The position numbers and the translations under genes are program-made. A DNA stretch of 64,000 bases from a bacterium (GTDB lineage: Bacteria > SAR324 > XYD2-FULL-50-16 > G965216635): assembly GCA_965216635.1 (NCBI GenBank), contig OZ244188.1:1184001-1248000 (forward strand). Direction: 5' to 3'. The notes beneath the pieces are model-generated. The model had not been told where the DNA came from and did no database searches. It saw only the letters and a program-made list of their open reading frames with translations. Shown here in pieces: positions 29,895 through 40,625 of this stretch; within the stretch, counting starts at the first letter, position 1, and each line of letters opens with the position of its first letter.

Positions 29895-30692
29895 CTAAAA
29901 AACTATTTTTACCAAAGAGCCTAAAAAATTATAGCTTAGAGGGTAGGTTTTTACTCCTGTTTTTGTGACTTCTAGCCTTGTATCTCCACTGATAATTTTC
30001 AAACTTCTGCCTCCTTGAATATACTCCACAACAGTCGCAATTCCCAAACCTCTTCTATTTTCTCCATTTCCGTTCAGACAGCTTTCTAATTCTTTGATAG
30101 AATCTTTGAGTATTTGTTCGTTATTTCTTCCTTTTAGTTGCCCTGTCCTTTGGTAAGAAGTGTAAAAACCTTCTCCCAAATCACAAACAGCCACAATTAT
30201 TTTTTCTTGTAAAATCTGTGCGTGAACATAACCTTTTCCTGTATTTTCTTTTTTCCCAGAATGAAAATAAATATTGTCTGCTATTTCTCCTATAGAATCA
30301 GAAATATCTGTAATGATATTCCAAGGGCAGTCAGAAAAAAAAAGACTACAATACTCTTCTAGCTGAAAGTTATGATCGTTTTCTACAAAATAAAGCGGAA
30401 AAAATTTCTCACTATGCTCTGCTGCATATTTTTCTGCTATATCTCCAAAAAGTCCCATTCTCTCCGCATAACTTTTAGCACCTGGATTTTCTGGGGGCAT
30501 GATTTTTACTTGCACTTCATTTTCATTACAAAGCATAAAAAAGCACTTCAGCAAAACCAAATCTGCACTATACAAAAAATTTATTTGACTCAAATTCAAA
30601 GTCAATGCTTTTAAACTTCCTTCTTTGATTTCTTTTGTTGCCTTTGCAATAGAACTATAATCACCAGAATTATACTCTAGTATTTTTTTCAT
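29895..30692 (-). CDS. STAS-like + GHKL (HATPase_c) ATP-binding protein
   Basis: LNLSQINFLYS N-terminal domain; EIADNIYFHS, CDLGEGF and RGLGI boxes. Confidence 0.75.
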   Translation of the reverse strand: MKKILEYNSGDYSSIAKATKEIKEGSLKALTLNLSQINFLYSADLVLLKCFFMLCNENEVQVKIMPPENPGAKSYAERMGLFGDIAEKYAAEHSEKFFPLYFVENDHNFQLEEYCSLFFSDCPWNIITDISDSIGEIADNIYFHSGKKENTGKGYVHAQILQEKIIVAVCDLGEGFYTSYQRTGQLKGRNNEQILKDSIKELESCLNGNGENRRGLGIATVVEYIQGGRSLKIISGDTRLEVTKTGVKTYPLSYNFLGSLVKIVF

Positions 30693-31459
30693 GGTCTATA
30701 ATATCTTTCTAGTCTTTTGTTAGCGATATTTGTATAGTCTGCAGAAATTTCTGAGCCAACCCAATTTCTTTCTAAAAGCGAGGATACCTTAGCGGTAGTG
30801 CCACTACCCATAAAAGGATCATAAACTAAATCTCCTTCTGCAGACCAAGTTTTAATTTGGTCTCTTGCTAGTTGTTCGGGAAATATAGCAGGATGCTCGT
30901 AAGCAATTTTATCTTTTGTAGAAATTCCTCCACCTACAGAGTAAAAAAACACATTGCCAACTTTTTTTTGTTTTGTTCTTTCTATTTTTTTGTAGTTAAG
31001 GTTGCCTTCTTTACCTCTATTTTTCATATTAGCCAATCCATTGTATTTGGTGTTTTCTACAATAGGATTGAAGGTTTTAGGGCTTCCTTTAGAAAAAGCG
31101 AACATATACTCAAAATGCTGGTGATACCTATGCCCAGCAGTTGGCATAGGGTTGTTTTTGTAGTAAATCATCGTATCGTGGATATTAAAGCCTGCTTGTT
31201 GAAAAAATAAAGCTTGTTTGAAAGAAGTGCCCGATTCACTGCCGTTATCCGTTTTGTCTCCTACGACCCAAATTACAACGCCTCCTTTTTTTAGAATGCG
31301 AAATAATTCTTTAACAATAGTTTCAAAAGCCAATTTATAGCCGTTGTAATTTCTTAAATCATCGTAAGGCGGAGAAGTCAGAACTAAATCTACAAAATTG
31401 TCTGGCATCTTTTTCATAGTCACCAGACAATCTTCGTTGTAGATTCTTGTAATCTCCAT
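30689..31459 (-). CDS. Site-specific DNA methyltransferase (N4/N6, beta class)
   Basis: TSPPY motif IV N-terminal; HPAIFP; DPFMGSGTT motif I C-terminal. Confidence 0.93.
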   Translation of the reverse strand: MEITRIYNEDCLVTMKKMPDNFVDLVLTSPPYDDLRNYNGYKLAFETIVKELFRILKKGGVVIWVVGDKTDNGSESGTSFKQALFFQQAGFNIHDTMIYYKNNPMPTAGHRYHQHFEYMFAFSKGSPKTFNPIVENTKYNGLANMKNRGKEGNLNYKKIERTKQKKVGNVFFYSVGGGISTKDKIAYEHPAIFPEQLARDQIKTWSAEGDLVYDPFMGSGTTAKVSSLLERNWVGSEISADYTNIANKRLERYYRP

Positions 31460-31487
31460 TTTTTTGAGAGTAAATGCAGCCTATCAA

Positions 31488-33998
31488 TTAGGATTTGATT
31501 TTCTCCATTTTAGGATCATAAAGCGGAGACAAGGTAGGAGTAGCCTTAAAATCTTCGTTCAAAATATTGATTTTATAATCTGCGTTCATTACATACTCTT
31601 TGTTCACCATTCCATTATTGTTGTGTATATAACCCAATCCGATGGATTTTTTGAGCAGCGGAGAATACTGTCCTGAAGTCATGTGACCTACTTTTTCACC
31701 GTTTCTGTAAATCGGTTCGTAGTGATAAAGTAAGGCATTCGGGTCTTCAATTTGAAAGGTTATCAAACGACGCGTTACTCCTTCTGTTTTTTGGCGAGTA
31801 AGTTTTTCTTTGCCCAAAAAATCTATTTCTTTTTTTGTATGCACACAAAAACCAACCCCAGCTTCTACGGGAGTCTCTCCAGCACTTACATCGTGCCCCC
31901 AATGAATATAGCTTTTTTCCAACCGTAAGGAATTCATTGCGTGATAACCTGCAGAAGTTAAACCCAAAGATTTTCCTTCTTTAATCAGAGTATCAAAAGC
32001 AGCTAAAGTGTATTCCATAGGCAAATAAACCTCCCATCCCAATTCTCCGACAAAAGTGATACGGGTAGCTCTAGCCCTAGCGTAGCCAAAATCAATCATC
32101 TGAGAGGTAGCAAAAGGAAAAGCTTCATTAGAAAAATCGGCATTACTCATTTTTTGCATTAGCTCTCTAGAACGAGGTCCCATAATACCAAGCACAGAAT
32201 AGCCTGAAGTAATATCCGCCGCCGTCACATTCAAATCCAAATCTGCAATTTTTCTTTGGATATAAAGAAAATCGTGCACCTGTGAAGTAGCTGTGGTAAT
32301 CACCCAAAATTCTTGGGCTCCTAAACGGGTAATGGTAATATCTCCTTCAATTCCTCCGAAATCGTTAAGTAGTTGTGTATAGACCACTTTGCCTACTGGC
32401 ACATCTACCCGACTGCTACAAATTTTATCCAAAAATTGCACCGCATCTTTTCCTTGCACCAAATATTTTGCAAAGGAAGTTTGGTCAAAAACAGTAACTT
32501 TTTCTCTTGTAGCCAGATGCTCTTTATTGGCATACTCAAACCAGTTTTGCTCGCCAAAACTATATTTGTATTCTTTTTTTATAGACGCTGGAGCGAACCA
32601 GTTTGCCCTTTCCCAGCCTGAAGTTTCTCCAAAACAAGCCCCCCTTTCTTTCAATCTGTCGTGCAAGGGAGTTGTTCGCAAAGGACGAGCCGATTCCAAC
32701 TGCAAATAAGGAAAAGCAATATCGTATAAAAGTCCCAAAATTTCGCGAGATCTATCGTAGAGAAATTTACGATTCGCAGTATGACGAGGAGCACGGGTTA
32801 AATCTACATCGTGAGCATCAAATCTACGCGTTAGATTTCCTTCCAAAACCCACTCTGTAATAATTTTTGCAGCACCGCCAGAAGATTGAATACCACGAGA
32901 ATTAAACCCAGCGGTTGTAAAAAGTCCACGCAACTGGGGTAATTCCCCGATGAGATAATTGTTATCGTAGGTGAAACTCTCGGGCCCATTCAAAAATGTT
33001 TCAATTTTTACATCTTTTACTGCGGGTATTCGTAGTTTGACTAACTTCAAAACCTCGTCCAAATGATCCCAGTCTTCTTCTAACCTACCAAATTCAAAAT
33101 CTTCTGGAATACCGTCCATTCCCCAAGGTTTAGCATTTCTTTCAAAAAAACCACACATCAACCCCCGATTCTCTTGTTTTAGGTCGCCTTCGTGCCAGCG
33201 AGTTCCCACAATGGGGCGGGCATAGCAACGAGCGTCAAAATCGCGAAATAAAGGAAGCATAGGTCCCAATCCAGCTATATTATCGGTTAGCACATAATAA
33301 TGTTCGCAAGCGTGCAAAGGCACATTCAAATCATACCTACTTAAATTATTTTGGGACACCAAATCTCTAGTCCAAATTCCAGTAGTTACAATTACTTTTT
33401 CTGCCATAATACTACCCTGCTCTGTTTCTACCCCGATCACCCTGCCGTTTTTTTCTAATATTTTATTGACGCAAATATTTTCAAAAACTTTTACACCGTA
33501 TTTTTGAGCACCCTTAGCAAGAGCAATCGTTCCCTGTTCAGGACATATTAGAGCATCTTTAGGAACAAAAATAGCTCCGACTAAATCGCTATCCTCGACA
33601 AGAGGCATAATTTTTTTCGCCTCTGCGATGGATACTTCATAAGCCTCCACAGCAAAAGATTTCGCTAAAGAAAGTGCCATTTTAAATTGCAAATATCTTT
33701 CCTTATTAGCTGTTACCCACAGACTCCCCGTGCGTTTGAAATTCACCGAATGCCCCGAATCTGCTTCAATATTTTCAAACATAGAAGTAGTATCCTTTGC
33801 CATTTGAATCATACTCTCCGATGCTCTCATCTCGCTCAAAATTCCAGCTGCGTGCCAAGAAGTGCCGCAAGCTAGTTTTTTTCTCTCCAAAAGCACAACA
33901 TCTTTTACGCCAGCTTTTGCCAAGTGATAAGCTGCAGCACAACCAATCACACCACCACCAATAATCACAACCTTTGCTTCTTTAGGTATTGTTTCCAT
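31488..33998 (-). CDS. FAD-dependent oxidoreductase with GcvT domain (dimethylglycine/sarcosine dehydrogenase family)
   Basis: GGGVIG, GTSWHAAG, NGPESFT.D, GWERANWF, RITFVGELGWE, SLRLEKSY. Confidence 0.92.
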   Translation of the reverse strand: METIPKEAKVVIIGGGVIGCAAAYHLAKAGVKDVVLLERKKLACGTSWHAAGILSEMRASESMIQMAKDTTSMFENIEADSGHSVNFKRTGSLWVTANKERYLQFKMALSLAKSFAVEAYEVSIAEAKKIMPLVEDSDLVGAIFVPKDALICPEQGTIALAKGAQKYGVKVFENICVNKILEKNGRVIGVETEQGSIMAEKVIVTTGIWTRDLVSQNNLSRYDLNVPLHACEHYYVLTDNIAGLGPMLPLFRDFDARCYARPIVGTRWHEGDLKQENRGLMCGFFERNAKPWGMDGIPEDFEFGRLEEDWDHLDEVLKLVKLRIPAVKDVKIETFLNGPESFTYDNNYLIGELPQLRGLFTTAGFNSRGIQSSGGAAKIITEWVLEGNLTRRFDAHDVDLTRAPRHTANRKFLYDRSREILGLLYDIAFPYLQLESARPLRTTPLHDRLKERGACFGETSGWERANWFAPASIKKEYKYSFGEQNWFEYANKEHLATREKVTVFDQTSFAKYLVQGKDAVQFLDKICSSRVDVPVGKVVYTQLLNDFGGIEGDITITRLGAQEFWVITTATSQVHDFLYIQRKIADLDLNVTAADITSGYSVLGIMGPRSRELMQKMSNADFSNEAFPFATSQMIDFGYARARATRITFVGELGWEVYLPMEYTLAAFDTLIKEGKSLGLTSAGYHAMNSLRLEKSYIHWGHDVSAGETPVEAGVGFCVHTKKEIDFLGKEKLTRQKTEGVTRRLITFQIEDPNALLYHYEPIYRNGEKVGHMTSGQYSPLLKKSIGLGYIHNNNGMVNKEYVMNADYKINILNEDFKATPTLSPLYDPKMEKIKS

Positions 33999-34018
33999 AG
34001 TTTTTTAGTTTTTATAAT

Positions 34019-34345
34019 CTAAGATTTGGTCTTAAATTTTATTTTTTTTAATAAATTTTCTAATTCATTACTTGATAAGTCCTTATACTTTTTATATAAA
34101 TCTTTTGTATTTTTAGACGCATTTGAATGATTATTAATACCAGCAACAGATTTGTAATTACCTACTTTTGCACTTATGTTTTCAGCGCTTAAACTTGTTG
34201 AAAGTGCCATTTCTCTACAATACTCCATTTGCTTGCCTCTCGGAAAGCTTTTTAATTGAAGTTTTTTGAATATGATTAAACAACAAATTTCGTTCTCATT
34301 ATTCCAGCCTGAAGAGTCTCTATAATATCTTTTAGAATCATTCAT
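34019..34345 (-). CDS. Hypothetical protein
   Basis: 108-aa ORF whose start overlaps the upstream stop codon. Confidence 0.6.
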   Translation of the reverse strand: MNDSKRYYRDSSGWNNENEICCLIIFKKLQLKSFPRGKQMEYCREMALSTSLSAENISAKVGNYKSVAGINNHSNASKNTKDLYKKYKDLSSNELENLLKKIKFKTKS

Positions 34346-35268
34346 TATATTTCTTTTCTATTTTTAAATTTATCTCGGATTATTTTTTTTATTTTTATAA
34401 AATATTTTTTTATCTTTAAAAATATAAACGCCAGAATAGCGATTACAATTACAACAACCATAACAATTACAAATACTTCTATAATATCTCTCCATTGCGT
34501 TCCATTTTTCCAATTTGTAATATATGGTTTTTCATTCCCATAATAATGTTTCCATTTTCCATCTTTTTTTCCATTTTTGTAATTTCCAATACTGTTAAGT
34601 TTATCATTTTCATCATATTCTTTCCACTCTCCCTCTTCATTTCCGTTTTTATAATTTCCAACCCATTTTAATTTACCATTCTTATAATAGCCTTTCCATT
34701 CTCCCTCTGCACTCCCATTTATATAATTTCCAATTGAACGTATTTCTCCATTTTCATGATACCATTTATATTCTCTCACTCGTTTTCCATTTTTGTAATT
34801 TCTAATCTGTTCTAGACTTCCATTTTCATAATAGCCTTTCCACTCTCCCTCTGCACTCCCATTTTTATAATTTCTAACCCATTTTAATTTACCACTCTTA
34901 TAATAGCTTTTCCATTCTCCCTCTGCACTCCCATTTTTATAATTCCCAATCTCTTCTAGTTTTCCGTTGTCATAATAAAACTTCCATTCTCCCTCTGCAC
35001 TCCCATTTTTATAATTCCCAATCTTTTTTAATTTTCCATTTGTGTAATAATTTTTCCATCCTCCCTCTTGCTTGCCATTTTTGAAAATTCCAATCGTTTT
35101 TAGTTTTCCATTTCCGTAGTATTCTTTATGCAGACAGGACAAACGATTCTCTAACGCAAAATTAATTCCTTCATTATCAATAGAAGGCATCTCTTTAGGA
35201 CAATCTTTAGCAAAAGCAGTAAAAGTAAATAGTAATCCTATTGCTAATAACACTACTTTTTTATTCAT
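34345..35268 (-). CDS. MORN-variant (YwqK-like) repeat protein with signal peptide and C-terminal TM helix
   Basis: About eight 24-aa repeats of GEWKxYYxNGKLxxIGNYKNG. Confidence 0.85.
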   Translation of the reverse strand: MNKKVVLLAIGLLFTFTAFAKDCPKEMPSIDNEGINFALENRLSCLHKEYYGNGKLKTIGIFKNGKQEGGWKNYYTNGKLKKIGNYKNGSAEGEWKFYYDNGKLEEIGNYKNGSAEGEWKSYYKSGKLKWVRNYKNGSAEGEWKGYYENGSLEQIRNYKNGKRVREYKWYHENGEIRSIGNYINGSAEGEWKGYYKNGKLKWVGNYKNGNEEGEWKEYDENDKLNSIGNYKNGKKDGKWKHYYGNEKPYITNWKNGTQWRDIIEVFVIVMVVVIVIAILAFIFLKIKKYFIKIKKIIRDKFKNRKEI

Positions 35269-35305
35269 TTTATTTTTTTGTCAATTAAGTTCAAATTTTA
35301 ACAAT

Positions 35306-36031
35306 CTATTTTGCAACTAAACTTTTAAAATTTTCATAGAGCATTTGGCAGTTTGCGTTCATATCTCCCATACAATTTTTAGCTTGCTTGTCCAATTCAG
35401 GCAAAGCTTGTTCTCCGAGGGTGTCTATCAATGCTTGTCTGTATTCGGGAACTTTCCCCCAATCTTGCACGGTGCTTTCCTTGACTTCAATATGGTATTG
35501 GATGGCGTAAGCATTTCGTTTGTAGCGAAAAGCTTGGTATTTAGTCGTTGGCGAAGAAGCTAAAACAGCCACCTGCGGATTTTCTTCCAAACCCTGCACT
35601 TCGTAAGAATGCCACTGCACCGCTTTCATTGTTTTGGGAAAACCATTAAATATTGGATCATCTAGGCTTGCTGGTTGTAGCTGGATATCCAACACACCTA
35701 TTTCAGGGGGATTGGATTTCACCACCTTGCCTCCCAAAACATCCCCCAGCAACTGAGCCCCTAGACAAAATCCCAAAAATGGTTTTTCCAAGTTTAAGAC
35801 AAATTCTTTGATTTTTGCTTTTTCTTCAACCAGCCAAGGATATTCTTTTTCCATCCAAGTATCCATCGGACCACCCATACAGAGCATCGCATCAAACTCT
35901 TCTAAATTGTCTGGGATTTTTTCAGCCGCATCCAATTCAATAGTAGTAAGTTCACACTGATCCTGCTCCATCAAAATTTTGATATAGCCAGGGTCTTCAA
36001 TAGGAATATGCTGCAAGATTAGTATTTTCAC
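35306..36031 (-). CDS. Class I glutamine amidotransferase-like protein
   Basis: LQH...E.PG, GGPM, LGFCLGAQLL (catalytic Cys), QWH, QYHIE. Confidence 0.9.
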   Translation of the reverse strand: MKILILQHIPIEDPGYIKILMEQDQCELTTIELDAAEKIPDNLEEFDAMLCMGGPMDTWMEKEYPWLVEEKAKIKEFVLNLEKPFLGFCLGAQLLGDVLGGKVVKSNPPEIGVLDIQLQPASLDDPIFNGFPKTMKAVQWHSYEVQGLEENPQVAVLASSPTTKYQAFRYKRNAYAIQYHIEVKESTVQDWGKVPEYRQALIDTLGEQALPELDKQAKNCMGDMNANCQMLYENFKSLVAK

Positions 36032-36126
36032 AATTATTTTTTTGTAAAATTTATTTCACACCTGTTCTAACCATTTGGCTAGCCGTCACAGCTAGTTTTG
36101 TCTCATTTGGCAAATTCAAAAGTCTA

Positions 36127-36477
36127 TTATTTTTCTTTTGCTAGATACCAAGATAATAATGCCAAAAGACTAAGAACAGCGTGAATTATTATGCCAAAAA
36201 GTTGCTGGTCTTCCGGAATACCCATACCGAGGGTCGCAATCAAAATTGCCTCAGGCACATGCCACACGAGCAGTAATAAAGTCAACAATCTCCGTTCCTG
36301 CACACGAAACTTGAGCGAAGCAAAAAGCACAGTGCTATGGAATAAAGAACCCAACATCCCCATCATTCCCAGAGTGCTGATAGGAAGAGTGGTATCTTCA
36401 AATACAGTAACTGCAGCCCAACCACCTGCGAGCAACTGCACAACCGCTATAAATACTAAAATTAATTTAGAAACCAT
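36127..36477 (-). CDS. Small four-TM hypothetical membrane protein
   Basis: 116 aa with four hydrophobic segments; flanked by MITE-like ends. Confidence 0.65.
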   Translation of the reverse strand: MVSKLILVFIAVVQLLAGGWAAVTVFEDTTLPISTLGMMGMLGSLFHSTVLFASLKFRVQERRLLTLLLLVWHVPEAILIATLGMGIPEDQQLFGIIIHAVLSLLALLSWYLAKEK

Positions 36478-36506
36478 AAGAACCTTTAATTTATATGTTA
36501 ATATTT

Positions 36507-36637
36507 GAGAACTTTGAATTAGTATTATGTAACAGTTTTGTTTTAAACTTCAGACAGATTATTGTCAAAGTGCTTATCTGCACTTTGGCAGTTCATTTTT
36601 TAGCAACGCTAAACCGAACGCAAATTCAAAGGTCTCT
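36507..36637. mobile_element. MITE-like element copy
   Basis: GAACTTTGAATTAG ... GCAAATTCAAAGGTCTC. Confidence 0.55.
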
Positions 36638-36839
36638 ATTTGTTTTATAAAACCTATAAGAATTTAATTTCTTAATCGTTTTAAAAGCTATAATACCTCT
36701 TAACGTTATTGTCAAGCTAAAAAATTCCTCTATAAAATCCGTCCTCTATTGGAAAACAAAAACTGCTCGGAATAGAAATTTTTACTTTGGTGTATGAAAT
36801 TTTGAAGTTGTTAAATATTTTCAAGTGTAAAAACAATTT

Positions 36840-38198
36840 TCAGATCATTGAGTTTTTTTTGTTTTTTTGGATTTGTTTTAGTTTTTCCCAATTTTTTTCT
36901 GCGATGGCTTGGTTCTCTTCGTTGTCTTCTAATATTCCAGTAATAATATCTTCGGGTATTGTATAGTCTGGTTCTTTATCTTTATTTCTATATATAATTT
37001 TTTGTATTTTTTGATGCCAATCAGTAGATAAATATTTTTTGGCAGCTTCTATACTAGCTATAGTTTTTTCATCTAGCTTGCCTGAAAATAGCATATTCTC
37101 TAGTTCTGTGTTTTTACCAATACGGTGTACGAATTTTTGGAAACTTTCTTTAGCGTAGGCTCCTTGACATTGTACGGTATAAAAACTTGCTCCTTGATAT
37201 TGTGTCTGAGAAAAATCTGTTCCTTGACATTTTGTATGAAAAAAACTTGCTCCTTGACATTTTGTATGAAAAAAACTTGCTCCTTGACATTGTGTATGAA
37301 AAAAACTTGCTCCTTGACATTGTGCTTGATCAAAATATGCTCCTTGGCATTGTGCGTAAATAAAGTTTGCTCCTTGACACTGTGCTTCAGTAAAATATAC
37401 TTCTTGACATTGTGCTTTAGTAAAAATTGCTCCTTGACATTGTGCCTGATAAAAATATGCTTCTTGACATTGTGCAAAACGGAAATCTGCATTTTGGCAT
37501 TGTGCTTTAAAAAAAATTGCTGTGACTAGATAGGCATGCGCAAAATTGGCGGTTGGAAATTTTTCGTTTTGGGCAAAATCTTGGCAATAGATCCCAGTAT
37601 TTCCATTTGTATCTCTGACGAGTAGGTCAATCGTAGTTTGGATTTCGTTGGAAGGTCTGTTTTTGTGGTTTTTTTGATAATCTTGCTCGTTAGTTTTGGA
37701 GCGGATATGCGAGCAAAGAATCTGGGCGACTTCTTTACGGTATTTTTCTTCTTCCAAAGCTAAATGGTAGAGCGAATAAATTGCTCCAGTGCGGGCAGAA
37801 GTTTCATTGCTTCCCAATAGATTGACCGCAGTTGTAAATCTTTCATCGGTTCGCTGTTCTATTTGCAAATCAATCTGAGCCTGTTGATTTTCTAATCGTC
37901 TTAAAAAAAATCTCAAACCGATAGCTGCAACTAATCCGCTGCTAATAATGGGAAAGTCTAGTTTTAGTTTTTCTTTAATAAATTCAATAAGACAAAAAAT
38001 ACTAATATTTGCTTCTGGGGCAATGAAAAAGTAAATCCAAAACACTATAATCACAACTAAAGAAAAAATTATTATAGTAAGCAAAAACCCGATAACTACA
38101 TCTATTATATATTTAGATTTTTCTAGTATAGCTTTACGACCTTTCCAAGGTATTTGTAATAGTTGTTTTAGGTTTAAAAATATTTTTTTCATATTCAA
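36840..38198 (-). CDS. Membrane-anchored pentapeptide-repeat protein, paralog 1
   Basis: Two TM segments, ERFTTAVNLLGS..ARTGAIYSL domain, 12 AQCQGAxFxx decapeptides. Confidence 0.88.
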   Translation of the reverse strand: MNMKKIFLNLKQLLQIPWKGRKAILEKSKYIIDVVIGFLLTIIIFSLVVIIVFWIYFFIAPEANISIFCLIEFIKEKLKLDFPIISSGLVAAIGLRFFLRRLENQQAQIDLQIEQRTDERFTTAVNLLGSNETSARTGAIYSLYHLALEEEKYRKEVAQILCSHIRSKTNEQDYQKNHKNRPSNEIQTTIDLLVRDTNGNTGIYCQDFAQNEKFPTANFAHAYLVTAIFFKAQCQNADFRFAQCQEAYFYQAQCQGAIFTKAQCQEVYFTEAQCQGANFIYAQCQGAYFDQAQCQGASFFHTQCQGASFFHTKCQGASFFHTKCQGTDFSQTQYQGASFYTVQCQGAYAKESFQKFVHRIGKNTELENMLFSGKLDEKTIASIEAAKKYLSTDWHQKIQKIIYRNKDKEPDYTIPEDIITGILEDNEENQAIAEKNWEKLKQIQKNKKNSMI

Positions 38199-40618
38199 AT
38201 TTCCGAAAGAACTTTTTCTATTTTTGCTTGCATTAGCTCTATTAGCCGTTGGTTAGCTGCGATGATTTCGGTTTCTTTTTCAACCTCAGCTACAAGCTTT
38301 TTTTGGACAGCAAGGGGAGGGAGTGAGATTTTTATTTTTGAAAATTCAGAAATCCAATATCTCTTGTGTTCCGAATGTCTAAACTTTATTGTTTTCATTA
38401 TTTCAAATAAATATCTTGGAACTACTTTTGTTTTATCAATATGTAAAATTTTCATTGCTGATGATTTTATCTTAAAAGGGAAATCAACAAATTTAATGGC
38501 GGTTGTAAAATCATCAAAAATAATAACTGGCAACTTCTTTGCTGGCATTATCCCTTTTATTTCATTTGTATATCCTAAAATAAAAGTTTTACCTGCAGTT
38601 AAAACAGGAGTCTTAAAACTATTATCATAATTAACAGATTCAACAATGTATTTTGTCGGTTGTTCGTATTCACAAACATCCCCCAATTCTACCCACTTGA
38701 TATTTTCTAGTTTGCTAAGTTCTTTTCCAAAATAGCCTCTTTCTTGTTCTAGGTTTTTGATGATTTCTTGGGCGTGATTTATGGCATTTTGTTTTGTTTC
38801 AATTTGTGCTACAATATCTTTTTGCACTTCTAGCGGTGGAAGTGGGATTTTGATTTTTTTGAGAGTTTGAATAGGAACAAAATTAAAAGAAGTTTTTCCG
38901 CTTAAACGAATAAGTTCTTGTTCAAAATTTCTTGAAAGATGGAATAGAAAATATTGGTTCAATTTTTCTTTGTATTCATCTCTTATAACCAACCCATTAA
39001 ATTGTTGATTGGTAGTAACTTCAATTTCAGTAATTGCATACTCACCAACAGAAGCTGCACAACAAAGCAAAATTGTTTTTGGTGGCAATAATTTTACACT
39101 TGTTTTTTCAAAAGCTTTCTGAGTAATTGTTTGTGTGGTTGTTTTAATTATTCTCCCTTGATTTCTTATATCATCAATTGTAAACCATGGTATCTTTCCA
39201 TTCTCCCAATAGCTTTTATTACTTCTAAGTGGAGTTGAACCATTATAAATTTCACAAACATCCCCCAGCTCCACCAGTTGCCATTTTTGGTTTTTGTAAA
39301 TTTTTGCTTCTCTATAACGTTCTCCTATTAAATTATAATCTCCGTTTTCAGCAATTTTTTCTTTCTTTACCCAAAGAGCAAGCTCGCTTTTTCGTTTTTT
39401 GCTTTTTTTCCAATCGCTTAAAATTTCTAGGGCTTCGGGTAAGTCGTTTTGCTCTATTTCTCTGCGTTGCGCCCCAAGGTCAAAGCCGTCGTTTGCCACT
39501 TTGACAAATAAAATTTCATTGGTGTTTTTTGCAATCTGATTATCAAAAAATAAAATGCTAGTTTTTACTCCCGAATAAGGTTTAAATACTCCAGCGGGTA
39601 GGCTGACTACTGCAAAAAGTCCATCTTCTACTAAATTTTCGCGTAACTCTTTGTAGGCTTTATCGCTTTTGAAAACAATCCCTTCTGGCACAATAATTCC
39701 AGCGTGTCCTTTGAGACTTAGGTGTTCTATAATGTAATCTACAAAAAGCACTTCGGAACGGTTGGCTTGCACAGAAAATTTTTTGTGTGGTTCAATTCCT
39801 CCCTTAGGAGTCATAAAAGGAGGATTCGCTAGAATTACATCAAAATTTTCTCCCCAGCGTTTGTCGTCGGAAAGTGTATCGTAGCTATGGATAAGTGGAT
39901 TGGAAAAACCGTGCAGATACATATTTACAAGAGCAAGTTTTATCATACTGTCGTCAATATCGTAGCCGACAATTTTTTGAGATAGCTTTTTTTTTTCTTC
40001 AGGGGTAAGTGGATTTTTCTCATTTTCTTTTATGATATGTTTATATGCGGAGATTAAAAAACCTGCGGTACCACAAGCAGGGTCCAATATACTTTCATTT
40101 TTCTTAGGTGCTATGGCTTCTACAATAAAATCAATAATGTGTCTGGGAGTGCGGAATTGTCCTGCGTCTCCTTGCGAGCCTAGAATAGAAAGTAGATACT
40201 CAAAAGCATCGCCTAAATTTTCGCTATTTTCATAAGAAAATTCGTTGATTTCTTTTAAGAAAAGTGAAAGTACGCGATGGTCGTTATAAGGCAAATAAGC
40301 ATCTTTAAAAATATCACGAAATAGCTGAGGAATTTTTTTATTTTTAGACATATTTTCTGTAGCTTGTCTGTATAAATCTAGTTTTTCTAATCCTGTAAGT
40401 TGTTTGCTCATTAGTTTTGTCCAAGAATATTTTGCATAATCTCCAGTAAAATATTGTGCTTCCATGTCTACTGCAATATTTTGATTATCCATATCATCCA
40501 TAAATTTATAAATCAGAGCGTTGGTGATTTGGTCTACTTGTGAAATAGGGTTGGGGATTTTGCCGACTAGGATTTGCCTAGCAGAATCAATTTTTTTTTT
40601 TGTTGTTTGATCAAGCAT
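38195..40618 (-). CDS. hsdM: Type I RM fused methyltransferase-specificity subunit (HsdM-HsdS)
   Basis: GQFRTPRHI, DPACGTAGFL, NPPF, followed by two W..VELGDVC-TRD-IPLPPLxVQ modules. Confidence 0.92.
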   Translation of the reverse strand: MLDQTTKKKIDSARQILVGKIPNPISQVDQITNALIYKFMDDMDNQNIAVDMEAQYFTGDYAKYSWTKLMSKQLTGLEKLDLYRQATENMSKNKKIPQLFRDIFKDAYLPYNDHRVLSLFLKEINEFSYENSENLGDAFEYLLSILGSQGDAGQFRTPRHIIDFIVEAIAPKKNESILDPACGTAGFLISAYKHIIKENEKNPLTPEEKKKLSQKIVGYDIDDSMIKLALVNMYLHGFSNPLIHSYDTLSDDKRWGENFDVILANPPFMTPKGGIEPHKKFSVQANRSEVLFVDYIIEHLSLKGHAGIIVPEGIVFKSDKAYKELRENLVEDGLFAVVSLPAGVFKPYSGVKTSILFFDNQIAKNTNEILFVKVANDGFDLGAQRREIEQNDLPEALEILSDWKKSKKRKSELALWVKKEKIAENGDYNLIGERYREAKIYKNQKWQLVELGDVCEIYNGSTPLRSNKSYWENGKIPWFTIDDIRNQGRIIKTTTQTITQKAFEKTSVKLLPPKTILLCCAASVGEYAITEIEVTTNQQFNGLVIRDEYKEKLNQYFLFHLSRNFEQELIRLSGKTSFNFVPIQTLKKIKIPLPPLEVQKDIVAQIETKQNAINHAQEIIKNLEQERGYFGKELSKLENIKWVELGDVCEYEQPTKYIVESVNYDNSFKTPVLTAGKTFILGYTNEIKGIMPAKKLPVIIFDDFTTAIKFVDFPFKIKSSAMKILHIDKTKVVPRYLFEIMKTIKFRHSEHKRYWISEFSKIKISLPPLAVQKKLVAEVEKETEIIAANQRLIELMQAKIEKVLSEI

Positions 40619-40625
40619 AATTTGG

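Noticed and set aside
34345..35268. YwqK-like protein as a true antitoxin
   Set aside because: It has a signal peptide, a TM anchor and no adjacent toxin, so it is a generic MORN-variant repeat protein.
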